Positions 52,402-62,933 of a stretch of 64,000 nucleotides of DNA are shown piece by piece (within the stretch, counting starts at the first letter, position 1; each line of letters starts with the position of its first letter). The notes beneath the pieces are model-generated. The model did no database searches. It worked only from the letters and a program-made list of their open reading frames with translations, and was not told where the DNA came from. This stretch comes from Spirochaetota bacterium (lineage in GTDB: Bacteria; Spirochaetota; UBA12135; COTS27; JAFLEE01): NCBI GenBank assembly GCA_017302015.1, contig JAFLEE010000010.1, positions 20,752 through 84,751 of the forward strand. The letters run 5' to 3'. The translations under genes were made by a program, and so were the position numbers.

Positions 52402-53046
52402 TCAATCCTGGAAGGGGACTTGGATGAACTCGCGCTCGGGGAGGAGGAGCGCGGTGAGTTGGCGCCGGTAGACGCAGCCCGTATCGATGTTCGCGTAATG
52501 GGGGGTGAGGACCGGCTTCACCACCGGGGAATGGCCGAAGACCACGAAGTGCCCGTCGAGGTGGACGCGGCCGCGGTTCCAAAGGATGGACATCATGACC
52601 TGCTGGGGGCCCGGGGCGTGGAGGAGATCGATGGAATCCTTGAGCGAAAGGCCCTTGCGCACCCCCGCATGGCTGATGAGCAGGTTCGTTCCGCCCGGCT
52701 GCTCGATATCGATGAAGAGGGGGAAGGAGCGCACGGATTCCACCAGTTCGAGGAGTTCATCATGGGAACGGTAATTGCGCAGGGTATCGCCGCCGCCATT
52801 GGCCAGCCAGGATTCATGGTTGGGAAGGCCGGGGTGGTGCCCGGTGAGCATCAGCCATTCGTGGTTGCCCAGGACGCACGAGAGGCCGCGTTCCTTGGCC
52901 AGGGCGACCACCGCGCGGGAGTCGGGCCCCCGGTCGATGAGGTCACCCAATTGGTAGATTTGGTGGCGGGGGGGGAGGATATCGAGGAGCGCCCGCAGCG
53001 ATTTGACGCAGCCGTGCACATCGCCGATGATCGCGAGCCGCTCCAC
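52402..53046 (-). CDS. PPP-family metallophosphoesterase (PrpE/ApaH/PP1-like Ser/Thr phosphatase)
   Basis: All three N-terminal PPP motifs are present: GDVHG, GDLIDRG, GNHE. 214 aa. Its stop lies 2 bp before the zinc-ribbon gene start. Confidence 0.75.
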   Translation of the reverse strand: MERLAIIGDVHGCVKSLRALLDILPPRHQIYQLGDLIDRGPDSRAVVALAKERGLSCVLGNHEWLMLTGHHPGLPNHESWLANGGGDTLRNYRSHDELLELVESVRSFPLFIDIEQPGGTNLLISHAGVRKGLSLKDSIDLLHAPGPQQVMMSILWNRGRVHLDGHFVVFGHSPVVKPVLTPHYANIDTGCVYRRQLTALLLPEREFIQVPFQD

Positions 53047-53111
53047 CCCACGAAGCTAAACCGGGCCCAGAAAAAAGTCAATGGAGGGTTCCCGGGCCCT
53101 GCATGAAATAA

Positions 53112-54473
53112 TTGGAAGTGTTGAAAAAAAGCCGTACTCCCCGCGCCCCCCTTTCGGAGGCGGCCGATGCCCTGCGGGAGCGGGCACAGGCGTTCCACGG
53201 GAGCCGTTCGGGCGCCCCGTGGGTCCGCTTGGAAGAGCCGGTGGGCGAAGCCTCCATCCTCGGTTTGGTCCGCCAATTGCCCGCCCATCGGGAGGGCGTC
53301 TATTGGTGCGATCGCGACCATCATGGCGAATGGGGCGGCTGGGGCGTGGCCCGGGAATGGGCCTTTACCGGCGACGTGCCCACTTTCCTGAAGACCGTCT
53401 TGCATGACCTCGACCGGGCTCCCGAAGGGGTTCGCCTCGGGGGAGGGTGGGCCATGGATCCCGGCGCATCCCGGGATGCATCCTGGGGCGATTTTGGAAG
53501 CGGCCTCTTCTGGGCCCCAGTTTTGGAATGGGGACGGCGCGGGAAAGAGGCCTATTTGGCCTTGAACGTTCCAGAGGGGGGGCTCGAGGCGGGTCTTTGG
53601 GGCGAACTCGACGGCATCCTCGGGCAGCTCGGCCGCGCCGACTCGCCGCTCCCGGGGATCCCCCAGGGGAAGGTGGTGGACCACCATCCGGATGAGGCCC
53701 AGTGGCTGGCGCGGGTCGAAGACGTCCTGGGAGAGATCCAACGCGGCACCTACCGAAAGATCGTGCTGGCCCGGAAGACGCGCGTCGAGATGGATGAAGG
53801 GGCCGATCCGGCGAGTTATCTCGCCACGCGCATGCATTCGGGCCTGGATGTGTTTTTCTTACGGCGGGGGGGGAGCGTCTTCTGGGGGCTCAGCCCCGAG
53901 CGCCTGATCAGCCGCAACCATGACCAGATCTGGTCGGAGGCCCTGGCCGGGACGCGCCCCCGCGGGGCCAACGCAGGGGAAGACAAAAAATTGGAGCGCG
54001 AACTCCTCGGGTCCGAAAAGGATCGCCGTGAGCAGGATCTCGTGCGCGAGTTCATCGAGGGCACCATGGGCCCCTGGTGCAGCCGGGTGCAGACCGGCAT
54101 CACCCAGGTGCGCAAGTTCCGCAGCATCCAACACCTCTACACGCCCTTCCAGGGCCAATTGAAGGAGGCCGATGCGTTCGCCGATCTCGCGGGGGCGCTC
54201 CATCCTACCCCCGCCGTGGCGATCTTCGAGCGCGGCCGCCGCCTCGACCTCATCCGCGACCTCGAGGGCTTTGATCGGGGCTGGTACGGCGGGGTGGCCG
54301 GCTGGCTCGGGAAGGGACAGGGCGAGTTGGCGGTGGGCATCCGCAGCTGCCTCTCCCGCGGTGCTTCCTGGACCTTCTGGACCGGCGCCGGCATCGTGGA
54401 CGGGAGCCACGGCCACCGCGAGTGGCACGAGTTGGACCAGAAATTGGCGGCCTACGGGGACCTCCTGTCGTGA
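53112..54473 (+). CDS. menF: isochorismate synthase (menaquinone-specific)
   Basis: Chorismate-binding C-terminal domain (...GTRPRGA..., ...LHPTPAVAI..., ...GWYGGVAGWLG...GELAVGIRS...). TTG start, exact start uncertain. Confidence 0.8.
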   Translation: MEVLKKSRTPRAPLSEAADALRERAQAFHGSRSGAPWVRLEEPVGEASILGLVRQLPAHREGVYWCDRDHHGEWGGWGVAREWAFTGDVPTFLKTVLHDLDRAPEGVRLGGGWAMDPGASRDASWGDFGSGLFWAPVLEWGRRGKEAYLALNVPEGGLEAGLWGELDGILGQLGRADSPLPGIPQGKVVDHHPDEAQWLARVEDVLGEIQRGTYRKIVLARKTRVEMDEGADPASYLATRMHSGLDVFFLRRGGSVFWGLSPERLISRNHDQIWSEALAGTRPRGANAGEDKKLERELLGSEKDRREQDLVREFIEGTMGPWCSRVQTGITQVRKFRSIQHLYTPFQGQLKEADAFADLAGALHPTPAVAIFERGRRLDLIRDLEGFDRGWYGGVAGWLGKGQGELAVGIRSCLSRGASWTFWTGAGIVDGSHGHREWHELDQKLAAYGDLLS

Positions 54474-56278
54474 AGGAAGCCGGCGCGCGCCTCGAGGCGA
54501 ACCGGGCCTGGGCCGAAGCCGTCGCCGAGGAATTGGCGCGCCTCGGCGTGCGCTGCGTCGTGGCGTGCCCGGGATCGCGCAACTCGGCCCTCGTGCTGGC
54601 CTGCGCGCGCCACCCGAAACTCCTCACCCCGGCCCATGTGGACGAACGGGGCGCCGGGTTTTTCGCCCTGGGCTGGGCCCGGCAAAGCGGGGAGCCCGCC
54701 GCCGTCCTCGTGACATCGGGCACGGCCGTGGCAAACCTGCACCCCGCAGTGATGGAGGCGGATCTCGCGGGCGTGCCGCTCCTCATCCTCAGCGCCGACC
54801 GCCCTGGGGAATTATTGGGCCTCGGCGCCAACCAGACGGTGGACCAGCACCGGATCTTCGGCGGCGCGTGCCGACACTTCCGGCAATTGCCCTGCGCCGA
54901 CGATCCGGGCATGCCCGGGTTCGGGCTTTCCGCATTGGATGAAGCGGTGTTCCACGCGAGGTCTTTTCGCGGCCCCGTCCACGTGAATCTCGCGTTTCGG
55001 GAGCCCCTGGTGGACGCCCGTTGGAGCGAAGCGGCGTCGGAAGCCCCATCGCCCCATCCAGGCGGGTGCGGCGGCCCAAGCGCGCGATTTAACGAGTGGA
55101 AGCAGAGCGGTTCGGCCTGGACCGATTACCCCATCGCAGCGGCGGGCGTCGACGGGGCCGAAGCCCATCGCCGGCTCTCCGCCGGGCTGCACGGCAGCCG
55201 GGGCGCGCTGCTTGCGGTGGGCGCCCTCTCAAGCGAATCGGAAACGGCCGCCGCGGGACGCATCGCACGGGCCCTCGGTCTCCCGCTCTACGCGGATCTC
55301 CTCAGCGGCCTACGAAGCGAGCCCGTGGCGCGGCTCGACGCCTTCGATCGTCTTCTTTCCGATCCGTCGAGTGGTGCGTACTCGGCCATCGATACGGTCA
55401 TCCACCTCGGGGGGCGCTTCCTCTCCAAGCCCTTCGAAACGTGGCTCGCGAAACGTGCGCCCCGCCACCTGCATTTCCACCCCCACGGGCCCCGGGTCGA
55501 CGCGGCCCTCACCGTGCGGGAGGACATCGCTTGTTCCCTCGAGGCCCTCGCCGCCTGCGCGGGTTCCGCGGTGAAGGAAGGAGGCCGGGAACTCTGGCCA
55601 GCCTGGACCCTGGATGACCGGGCGGCTTGGGAAGCCGGCGCCGCGTTCCTCGCCCGAGATCGCGCGCTCGATGAACTCCACTTGCCCGGCGTGCTCTGCG
55701 AAACGCTCCCCGAGGGAGCGCTGCTCTTCGCCGGCAATAGCATGCCGGTGCGCGACCTTTCCGCTTGGGGCGCCACCTTTCCCCGCGGCGTCCGCATCCT
55801 CGCCAATCGGGGGGCCAGCGGGATTGACGGGCTCCTTGCTACGGCGGCGGGGGCCGCCTTCGCCGCCCAGAAACCCGCGGTGGCGCTCCTCGGCGACCTC
55901 TCCTTCCTTCACGACCTCTCTTCGCTCTCCTTGCCCCAATCCCTGCGCGAGGCCTTTGTGATCCTTGTCGTCAATAACGGGGGCGGGGGGATTTTCCATT
56001 TCCTTCCCGTGGCGGAAGCGGGGGCGGGCTTCGAAAGCCATATCGCCCTGGGCCACCGCCGGGAGTTCCAGGCGGCCGCCAGCCTATTTGGTTTGGGCTA
56101 CCATCGTCCGAAGACGCGCGCGGAACTTTCGGCGATTCTGGCGGGGTCATTCGCCCGTAAGGAAAAGGCGATCGTTGAGATCCGTACCGACCGCGCCCAA
56201 AATGCGCAGACCCACCGTGACTTGGACGCCGCCATCCGGCTTGCCTTGGGCGCCCTTCCCGGACCCGGGGGCGCATGA
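54470..56278 (+). CDS. menD: 2-succinyl-5-enolpyruvyl-6-hydroxy-3-cyclohexene-1-carboxylate synthase (ThDP-dependent)
   Basis: ThDP motif ...LVVNNGGGGIFHFLP... and three-domain architecture. The GTG at 54470 overlaps the menF stop. The ORF track starts earlier at 54422. Confidence 0.8.
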   Translation: MKEAGARLEANRAWAEAVAEELARLGVRCVVACPGSRNSALVLACARHPKLLTPAHVDERGAGFFALGWARQSGEPAAVLVTSGTAVANLHPAVMEADLAGVPLLILSADRPGELLGLGANQTVDQHRIFGGACRHFRQLPCADDPGMPGFGLSALDEAVFHARSFRGPVHVNLAFREPLVDARWSEAASEAPSPHPGGCGGPSARFNEWKQSGSAWTDYPIAAAGVDGAEAHRRLSAGLHGSRGALLAVGALSSESETAAAGRIARALGLPLYADLLSGLRSEPVARLDAFDRLLSDPSSGAYSAIDTVIHLGGRFLSKPFETWLAKRAPRHLHFHPHGPRVDAALTVREDIACSLEALAACAGSAVKEGGRELWPAWTLDDRAAWEAGAAFLARDRALDELHLPGVLCETLPEGALLFAGNSMPVRDLSAWGATFPRGVRILANRGASGIDGLLATAAGAAFAAQKPAVALLGDLSFLHDLSSLSLPQSLREAFVILVVNNGGGGIFHFLPVAEAGAGFESHIALGHRREFQAAASLFGLGYHRPKTRAELSAILAGSFARKEKAIVEIRTDRAQNAQTHRDLDAAIRLALGALPGPGGA

Positions 56279-57096
56279 GGCTCCACCATCGCCATTGGGG
56301 AGCGGCCGGGAAACCGGCGCTCCTATTCCTTCACGGCTTCATGGGGGATTCGGGGGAATGGGAGCCGGTGGCGAAGCTTCTACAGGACCGGTATTTCTGC
56401 GTGGCGGTGGATCTTCCCGGGCATGGGGGAAGCGAGGTCCCCGTGGCGTCGCCCTTCATCGAAACGCAAGAGGGGTACCCACTGGGGACGGATTGGATCC
56501 GCGCCATGGACGCGCTCTTGGAAGACCTCAAGACGAATGGGTTTCTGGCGCATGGGTGGAAGGCGATCGTGGGCTATTCCATGGGCGGGCGGATGGCGAT
56601 GGCGCTCGCCCTCGCCATCCCGAACCAGTTCGGGGGGATGGTGCTCGAATCCGCATCCCCGGGAATCGCCGGGATGGAGGAACGGGCCCGGCGCCTCGAG
56701 GCGGACCTCCGCCTCGCCGGCGAACTCGCCTCCATGCCCCTGCGGTCCTTCGTCGAACGCTGGTATACCCAGCCCATGTTCGGGCCCATGGACGACCGCG
56801 AAGCACTTTTTGAGGAGCGTTCGCGCCAAGATCCCCCGGCTCTAGCCGCGGCGATGCGCTGGCTGAGCGTCGGGCGCCAACCCGATTATGCGCCGCGCCT
56901 CGCAGTTGAATGGAAGAAACCGCTCCTCTGCCTCGCGGGTTCCCTGGACGGCAAATACGCTTCGGGAATGGAGGCTTTGGCGGGCCGCGCGGCCTTCGGT
57001 CGATTCAAGCTCGCCCCGGGTTCGGGGCATAATGTCCATCGGCACGACCCGGGCGCCTACGGGGCGTGGCTCTCGGAATTCCTCGCCGGATATTAA
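56275..57096 (+). CDS. menH: 2-succinyl-6-hydroxy-2,4-cyclohexadiene-1-carboxylate synthase (alpha/beta hydrolase)
   Basis: LLFLHGFMGDSGEW... and nucleophile elbow GYSMGG, with position inside the men cluster. Confidence 0.75.
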   Translation: MRLHHRHWGAAGKPALLFLHGFMGDSGEWEPVAKLLQDRYFCVAVDLPGHGGSEVPVASPFIETQEGYPLGTDWIRAMDALLEDLKTNGFLAHGWKAIVGYSMGGRMAMALALAIPNQFGGMVLESASPGIAGMEERARRLEADLRLAGELASMPLRSFVERWYTQPMFGPMDDREALFEERSRQDPPALAAAMRWLSVGRQPDYAPRLAVEWKKPLLCLAGSLDGKYASGMEALAGRAAFGRFKLAPGSGHNVHRHDPGAYGAWLSEFLAGY

Positions 57097-57117
57097 AATT
57101 GGGCCGAGCGAGACCCC

Positions 57118-57972
57118 ATGCCCAAACAACCCATGCCATTGGAGCGCCTAAAGGGGCCATTCCCCTGGGCCACGGCCAAGACCTTCACCGATATCCGCTA
57201 CGAGAAATTTAGCGGCATCGCCAAACTCACCATCAACCGGCCCAAAGTGCGCAACGCCTTCCGTCCCCGCACGGTGGACGAACTCATGGAGGCCCTCCAC
57301 GACGCGCGCATGGACGCCTCCGTGGGCGCCGTCATCCTCACCGGCGAGGGGAAGGACGCCTTCTGCTCGGGGGGCGACATCAAGGCCCGCACCGATAGCG
57401 GCTACCAGGACGACACGGGCGGCGACCGCCTGAACGTCCTCGACCTCCAACGCCAGATCCGTTCCTGCCCGAAGCCGGTGGTGGCCATGGTCGCCGGCTA
57501 CGCCATCGGCGGGGGGCACGTGCTCCATGTGGTCTGCGACCTCACGCTGGCCGCCGACAATGCGCGCTTCGGCCAGACCGGGCCGCGCGTCGGATCCTTC
57601 GACGGGGGGTTCGGCGCCTCCTATCTCTCGCGGATGGTGGGGCAGAAGAAGGCCCGGGAGATCTGGTTCCTCTGCCGCCAATACGACGCCCAGGAGGCCC
57701 TCGCCATGGGCCTCGTCAACGCGGTGGTGCCCTACGAAGACCTCGAGGAGGAGACGGTGCATTGGTGCCGGGAGATGCTCGGCCATTCGCCCGTGGCGCT
57801 GCGCTGCCTGAAGGCGGCGCTCAACGCCGATTGCGACGGGCAAGCCGGGCTCCAGGAACTCGCGGGAAACGCCACCATGCTCTACTACATGACGCCCGAG
57901 GGCCAGGAAGGCCGGGATGCCTGGCTCGAGAAGCGCCGACCCGATTGGGGCAAGTTCACGCGCAACCCATGA
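57118..57972 (+). CDS. menB: 1,4-dihydroxy-2-naphthoyl-CoA synthase (crotonase fold)
   Basis: ...[18 protein letters not shown]...[12 protein letters not shown]...G.AIGGG... Confidence 0.9.
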   Translation: MPKQPMPLERLKGPFPWATAKTFTDIRYEKFSGIAKLTINRPKVRNAFRPRTVDELMEALHDARMDASVGAVILTGEGKDAFCSGGDIKARTDSGYQDDTGGDRLNVLDLQRQIRSCPKPVVAMVAGYAIGGGHVLHVVCDLTLAADNARFGQTGPRVGSFDGGFGASYLSRMVGQKKAREIWFLCRQYDAQEALAMGLVNAVVPYEDLEEETVHWCREMLGHSPVALRCLKAALNADCDGQAGLQELAGNATMLYYMTPEGQEGRDAWLEKRRPDWGKFTRNP

Positions 57973-58862
57973 ACGCCGCCCGACCCTCCACCCTCTCGGT
58001 CTGGCTCCAGGCCGCCCGTCCCAAGACGCTCCTCATCGGCGTGGCGCCGGTGACCATCGGGCTCGGCGTCGCCTGGGCCGACGGATCGTGGGACCTCCGC
58101 GTGGCGGCGATGACGCTGGCCTGCGGGCTCCTCGTCCAGGTCTTGGCCAATCTCATCAACGATTATTACGATTGGAAGAAGGGCGCCGATGGGCCGGAGC
58201 GCCTGGGGCCCCCGCGGGTCACCCAGATGGGATGGGTCTCCCCAGGGGCGATGCGCGCCGCGATTCTCGCGCTCTCGCTCCTCATCGCCGCGGGCGGCTG
58301 GTGGCTCTCGCGCCGCGGAGGCGCGCCGATCCTCCTCCTCACCGGGGCCTCGCTCCTCTTCGCCTACCTCTACACCGGCGGACCCTACCCCTTGGGCTAC
58401 CACGGCATCGCCGATGGCTTCGCCTTCCTGTTCTTCGGCCCCGTGGCCGCCGGGGCGACCTATTATCTCCAGACCGACTTGTTCCCGCCCCACCTGGTCG
58501 TGGCCGGGAGCGCGCCCGGATTCTACAGCGCGGCCCTCCTCTCGGTGAATAATCTGCGCGACCGGGAAGGCGATGCCCGCTCCGGCAAGCGCACCCCGGC
58601 CGTGCGGTTCGGCGAACGCTTCATGCGCTTCGAATACACCGCCTGCCTCGTCGGCGCCCTCGCCTGCGCGGTGGCCTTCGCCCTCATGACCCGCCGCCCC
58701 GCTTGCCTGGGCGCCCTCGCCGCCCTGGCGGTGGCCCTGCCCGCCCTGCGCTTGGTGTATACCCCCGCGGCGGGCGCCCGGCTCAATGCGGCGTTGGGGA
58801 TGACCTCCCTCTCTTCCACGCTTTTCGCGATCCTGCTGACCGCGGGATATCTTTTCACGTGA
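57969..58862 (+). CDS. menA: 1,4-dihydroxy-2-naphthoate polyprenyltransferase (UbiA family)
   Basis: Internal ATG overlapping the menB stop. [11 protein letters not shown] motif and 8-9 TM helices. Confidence 0.85.
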   Translation: MNAARPSTLSVWLQAARPKTLLIGVAPVTIGLGVAWADGSWDLRVAAMTLACGLLVQVLANLINDYYDWKKGADGPERLGPPRVTQMGWVSPGAMRAAILALSLLIAAGGWWLSRRGGAPILLLTGASLLFAYLYTGGPYPLGYHGIADGFAFLFFGPVAAGATYYLQTDLFPPHLVVAGSAPGFYSAALLSVNNLRDREGDARSGKRTPAVRFGERFMRFEYTACLVGALACAVAFALMTRRPACLGALAALAVALPALRLVYTPAAGARLNAALGMTSLSSTLFAILLTAGYLFT

Positions 58863-58863
58863 G

Positions 58864-60249
58864 GTGACTATGGGCAAGGCCTGGTCGGGACGTTTCGAGA
58901 AGGGCACGGCCCGGGCGATGGAAGATTTCCATTCCAGCCTGCATTTCGACCGCCGGCTCTTCCGCGAGGATATCGCCGGCAGCCGCGCCCACGCCGAGAT
59001 GCTGTGCCGACGGGGCATCCTCACGGCCAAGGACCTCGAGGCCATCCTCGGCGGGCTCCAGCAGGTGGAATCCGAACTGGAAGCGGGAACGCTCCCCCTG
59101 GAGAGTTCCCTCGAGGACATCCACATGGCCGTGGAGAAGCGGCTCACCGACCTGGTGGGGGAGGCCGGCGGCCGCCTCCATACCGCTCGGAGCCGCAACG
59201 ACCAGGTGGCCACCGACGTGCGCCTGTGGCTGCGCCACCGCATCGACGAACAGACGAAGGGCCTGCACCGCTTACTTTCCGTGCTCGTCGCCGAAGCGGA
59301 GAAGCACGCGGGCCTCATCCTTCCGGGGACCACGCACCTGCAGCCGGCCCAGCCGATCCTGCTGGGGTTCTGGTTCATGGCGTGGTTCGGGATGTTCCGC
59401 CGCGACCTCGAGCGCCTCCAGGATTGCCGCAAGCGCGTCAACGTATCCCCCCTGGGCGGCGGCGCGTTCGCCGGGGTCAATTACGCCGTCGACCGCGCCT
59501 TCACCGCCTCGCGCCTCGGCTTCGACGGGAGTTCGGCCAACGCCATGGACGGGGTGAGCGACCGGGATTTCGCGGCCGAATACATCGCGGCGGCGGCGAT
59601 CTTCATGGCCCACCTCTCGCGCCTGTGCGAGGAGCTCATCCTCTGGTGCAACCCCGCCTTCGGCTACGTCGAGATGGACGACGCCTGGTCGACGGGATCC
59701 TCCATCATGCCCAACAAGAAGAATCCCGACGCCTGCGAACTCCTGCGCGGGAAGACCGCCCGGGTGATCGGCGACCTCGCGGCCATCCTTAGCCTACAGA
59801 AGGGGCTGCCGCTCGCCTACAATAAGGACCTCCAGGAGGACAAGGACGCGCTCTTCGACGCCTCCGATACGGTGGAGGGAGCGCTCATCGTCCTTCCCGA
59901 GCTCCTTTCGACCCTGGCCTGGAAGGAGGCGCCCATGCGGGCCGCCTGCGAGAAGGGCTACCTGCAGGCCACCGATGTGGCCGACTACCTCGTGGGCAAG
60001 GGCATGCCCTTCCGGGAGGCCCACCATGTCAGCGGGGCGATCGTGCGCCATCTCGCGCAAAAGAACCTGCGTTACGGCGACCTTTCCCCCGGGGATTTCC
60101 GGAAATTTTCCCCGCATTTCCAGGACGATATCCTGGAAGTGGTCGACTTGGAGCGCGTCCTCCGCAATAAAAAATCCCCCGGCTCGACCCACCCCGACGA
60201 GGTGGCTTCCCAGATCGCCCAGGCGAAGGCCTACCTGAGCGCGACCTAG
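58864..60249 (+). CDS. argH: argininosuccinate lyase
   Basis: ...WSGRFEKG...SRNDQVATDVRLWLR... fumarate-lyase signature (GSSIMPNKKNPD). Confidence 0.9.
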   Translation: MTMGKAWSGRFEKGTARAMEDFHSSLHFDRRLFREDIAGSRAHAEMLCRRGILTAKDLEAILGGLQQVESELEAGTLPLESSLEDIHMAVEKRLTDLVGEAGGRLHTARSRNDQVATDVRLWLRHRIDEQTKGLHRLLSVLVAEAEKHAGLILPGTTHLQPAQPILLGFWFMAWFGMFRRDLERLQDCRKRVNVSPLGGGAFAGVNYAVDRAFTASRLGFDGSSANAMDGVSDRDFAAEYIAAAAIFMAHLSRLCEELILWCNPAFGYVEMDDAWSTGSSIMPNKKNPDACELLRGKTARVIGDLAAILSLQKGLPLAYNKDLQEDKDALFDASDTVEGALIVLPELLSTLAWKEAPMRAACEKGYLQATDVADYLVGKGMPFREAHHVSGAIVRHLAQKNLRYGDLSPGDFRKFSPHFQDDILEVVDLERVLRNKKSPGSTHPDEVASQIAQAKAYLSAT

Positions 60250-60262
60250 GGCGCGGCGGGAC

Positions 60263-62755
60263 TCAGTACTTCCACATCACCCCGAGGAGGGGCAGGATCG
60301 GCAGGTCGCCGATGCTCTTCTTCTCCGCCGGCTTGCCGATCATGTCGGGGGTCAGGCCCGTGGGCGTGAAGACGTAGGACTGCACGTTCTCGCGGAAGGG
60401 GAATTGCACGTTCCAGCAATCGAGGTAGACGGAGCCCTCGCCCCCGAAGAGTTTGAAGAAGACCTCGAGGCGGAGATCGAGGGTGAAGCGGAACGGGTAG
60501 CGCTCGGCGAGCCACGGGCCGTCGACGAGATAGAGCGTGGCGCCGGCATTGGTGACGATCCGGGCGGTGTAGGGCTTGCCCGTGGAGAACACGAGGCGCG
60601 AGCCGATGCGGAAGCGCTTGGGCACGAGATCGTAGTTCGCGGCGAGGGTGAGGGTGTGCGTGACGTCCTGGGCGTAGGCCGCCCAGTCCTGGGACCAATT
60701 CGTGGACACGAGCCCGTCGTTGATGAACAGGTTGCTCGAGGTCATGACGTTTAGCACGTTGGTGAACCGGGTGCGCTCGGAGCGGCTTAGGGTGTAGGCG
60801 ACCCAACCGGAGAGGCGGGTGCCGGGCTTCTGGCGCAGGAGCACTTCCAGCCCGTAACTGCGCCCCTGGCCCTCGGGGATGAAGCGGGGGTTGTCGGCGC
60901 CGGTGGCGAAGAAGCCGTCCCAGGTCGGGTTGCCCGTCGAGAGGCGCTGGAGATCCTTCCAGTAGAGTTCGGTCTTCAGTTCGAACCAACGGGGGCTCCA
61001 TTTTCCCCCGAGCACCGCCTGTTGGCTCCTGCGGGCGGGGAGGAGCGCATCGCCGTAGAGGTCGGTGGCCTGCATGGGATCGGGGAGTTGGCTATAGAGG
61101 CCCCACCGGGCCCAGGCCTCCCAATCGCGGTGGGGCGCGAAGCGCAGGAGGACCCGCGGATCGAGGTCGACCGCGGCGGTGGAGAGGTTCCACAGGGCCC
61201 GTAGGCCCAGGTTCAGGGTGAACTTCCCCAGGGCCACCTCGCCCTCGAAGAAGGGGGTGAGGGACCGGCGTAGATTGGTGAAGTTCCTGCTGATGTACTT
61301 GTCCGCCTGGATGTCGGGGCCCCGGCCGCTGACGATGAGGCTGAAGTTGAAGCCGGCGCGCCCCCCGTTGGACATTTCGCTGATGGAGAACGGGAAGGAT
61401 TCGTAGAGGAGATCCGCCCCGTACTCGAGGCGGAACGAACGGGCGACCCGGAGGGACTGGAGGAGGGAGGCCCCCCACAGGTCGGGTTTGCTGGTGTTGA
61501 GGGGGACCGTCATGAAGTTATTGTTGTTGGTGTAGTCGTAGTGCCAAACGGTCGCCCGGCTCTCGAATTTCCCGCCCCGGTATTCCCACATGAGGCCCTG
61601 GGCGTTCCAGGTCTTCTCCGTCTCCCAGCTCAGGTTGAAATTGGAATTGCCGTTGCTGCTGATGTCGGGGAAGCGGTCGGATTGCACCGTCATCTTGTCC
61701 TGCGCGCCGGAGGCGAGGAGCAGGAGGCGGTGGCGGGGGTTGGGATTCCATTCGAGGCGGATTCCGTAATCATAGAAGAACGGGACCGCGTCGAAGGCGG
61801 TGAGGGCCTCCTTGATGGTGGCCAGTTCGGGGATCTGGATGCCCCGGATGAGGCCGAGGTAGAACTCGTAGTAGGTGCGCCGCCCCCCGAGGGAAAGCCG
61901 CACCCGGGGCCCCAGAGGCACCGATAGGAAGAGGGCCGCCGAAGCGAGGTTGGCGTCGATCTCCATATCGACCTTGCGCGATTCGCCCCCGGCGCGGCCC
62001 TTCAGGTCGATGATGCCGCCGATGGCATTGCCGTAGCGGGTGGGGAAGGCCCCGGGGTAGAAGTCCACCGATTCCAGGCTCGCGGGGTGGAAGACGGAGT
62101 AGAAGCCGATGTCGTGGAAGGCGCTGCCGATGCGGATGCCATCGAGGAGGAACACGTTGTCGGCGTTGTCGCCACCGCGAACGATGAGTTGCTGGCTGCC
62201 GAAGTTCTGGGGAACCACCCCGGGGAAATTCATGATGGCCTTCACGGGATCCCCCCCCGTGCCCGGCATGAGGCGCGCCTCGGAGGCGAGGATGGCGTTG
62301 CGACTGACGGACTCTTGGCGGTGGTCGGAGGTGACCTGAACCGAATCGAGTTTCTTCGTGCGAATTTCCTCGGAACGGCGTTCGGCCACCGGCAGCACGA
62401 TCGTGTCGGGAGCCGCCTCGTCCACACTGAAATCGATGCCCTGGGATCGAGTCTTCAGGTGCGCCTGGGCCCGGTAGCGCCCGGGGGCGAGGGGGAGCGT
62501 CTCGCCGTTGTCCTCCATGGGGAGTTGGAGCACGCCATCGCGCCGGGCGACGAGGACCACATCGATGCCGTCGATGAGCACGGTCGTGCCCGAAAAATCC
62601 TTCTGCCCGGTGAGTTGGAGGCGGAAGCGCCTCGTCCCTTCCCCGTTCGTCGCGGTGTCCCGGGCTTCGGCCCACGGCGAGGCCAAGCCAGAAAGGAAAA
62701 ATATCGCGCCTAGAATCGTGGAGAGCGGCGCGGGATGGGGGATGGCGAGTTTCAT
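60263..62755 (-). CDS. TonB-dependent outer-membrane receptor with N-terminal carboxypeptidase-regulatory-like domain
   Basis: 830 aa. Signal peptide, CarbopepD-reg-like beta-sandwich, plug region (...GGDPVKAIMNFPGVV...GGDNADNVFLLDGIRI...) and long beta-barrel. Confidence 0.75.
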   Translation of the reverse strand: MKLAIPHPAPLSTILGAIFFLSGLASPWAEARDTATNGEGTRRFRLQLTGQKDFSGTTVLIDGIDVVLVARRDGVLQLPMEDNGETLPLAPGRYRAQAHLKTRSQGIDFSVDEAAPDTIVLPVAERRSEEIRTKKLDSVQVTSDHRQESVSRNAILASEARLMPGTGGDPVKAIMNFPGVVPQNFGSQQLIVRGGDNADNVFLLDGIRIGSAFHDIGFYSVFHPASLESVDFYPGAFPTRYGNAIGGIIDLKGRAGGESRKVDMEIDANLASAALFLSVPLGPRVRLSLGGRRTYYEFYLGLIRGIQIPELATIKEALTAFDAVPFFYDYGIRLEWNPNPRHRLLLLASGAQDKMTVQSDRFPDISSNGNSNFNLSWETEKTWNAQGLMWEYRGGKFESRATVWHYDYTNNNNFMTVPLNTSKPDLWGASLLQSLRVARSFRLEYGADLLYESFPFSISEMSNGGRAGFNFSLIVSGRGPDIQADKYISRNFTNLRRSLTPFFEGEVALGKFTLNLGLRALWNLSTAAVDLDPRVLLRFAPHRDWEAWARWGLYSQLPDPMQATDLYGDALLPARRSQQAVLGGKWSPRWFELKTELYWKDLQRLSTGNPTWDGFFATGADNPRFIPEGQGRSYGLEVLLRQKPGTRLSGWVAYTLSRSERTRFTNVLNVMTSSNLFINDGLVSTNWSQDWAAYAQDVTHTLTLAANYDLVPKRFRIGSRLVFSTGKPYTARIVTNAGATLYLVDGPWLAERYPFRFTLDLRLEVFFKLFGGEGSVYLDCWNVQFPFRENVQSYVFTPTGLTPDMIGKPAEKKSIGDLPILPLLGVMWKY

Positions 62756-62869
62756 GGGGCGCGCGCAGGATCGGGGGGAACACGACCCCCGTGCAGGGGA
62801 ATTCTAATCCCCAATCCCGATAATTCCCATGGTTGTTTCTTCCTGGACTTTGGTGCGCCACCACGCAAG

Positions 62870-62898
62870 GGCCCGATTCTTGTCTTTTTGGCCATCGG
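62870..62898 (+). promoter_or_regulatory. candidate promoter of the thiC leader (TTGTCT-N17-TATGCT)
   Basis: Hexamers with a 17-nt spacer about 35 nt upstream of the riboswitch P1 helix. Confidence 0.35.
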
Positions 62899-62933
62899 GT
62901 GCTATGCTAGAAGTGGACAGCAAGACTGTCCCG

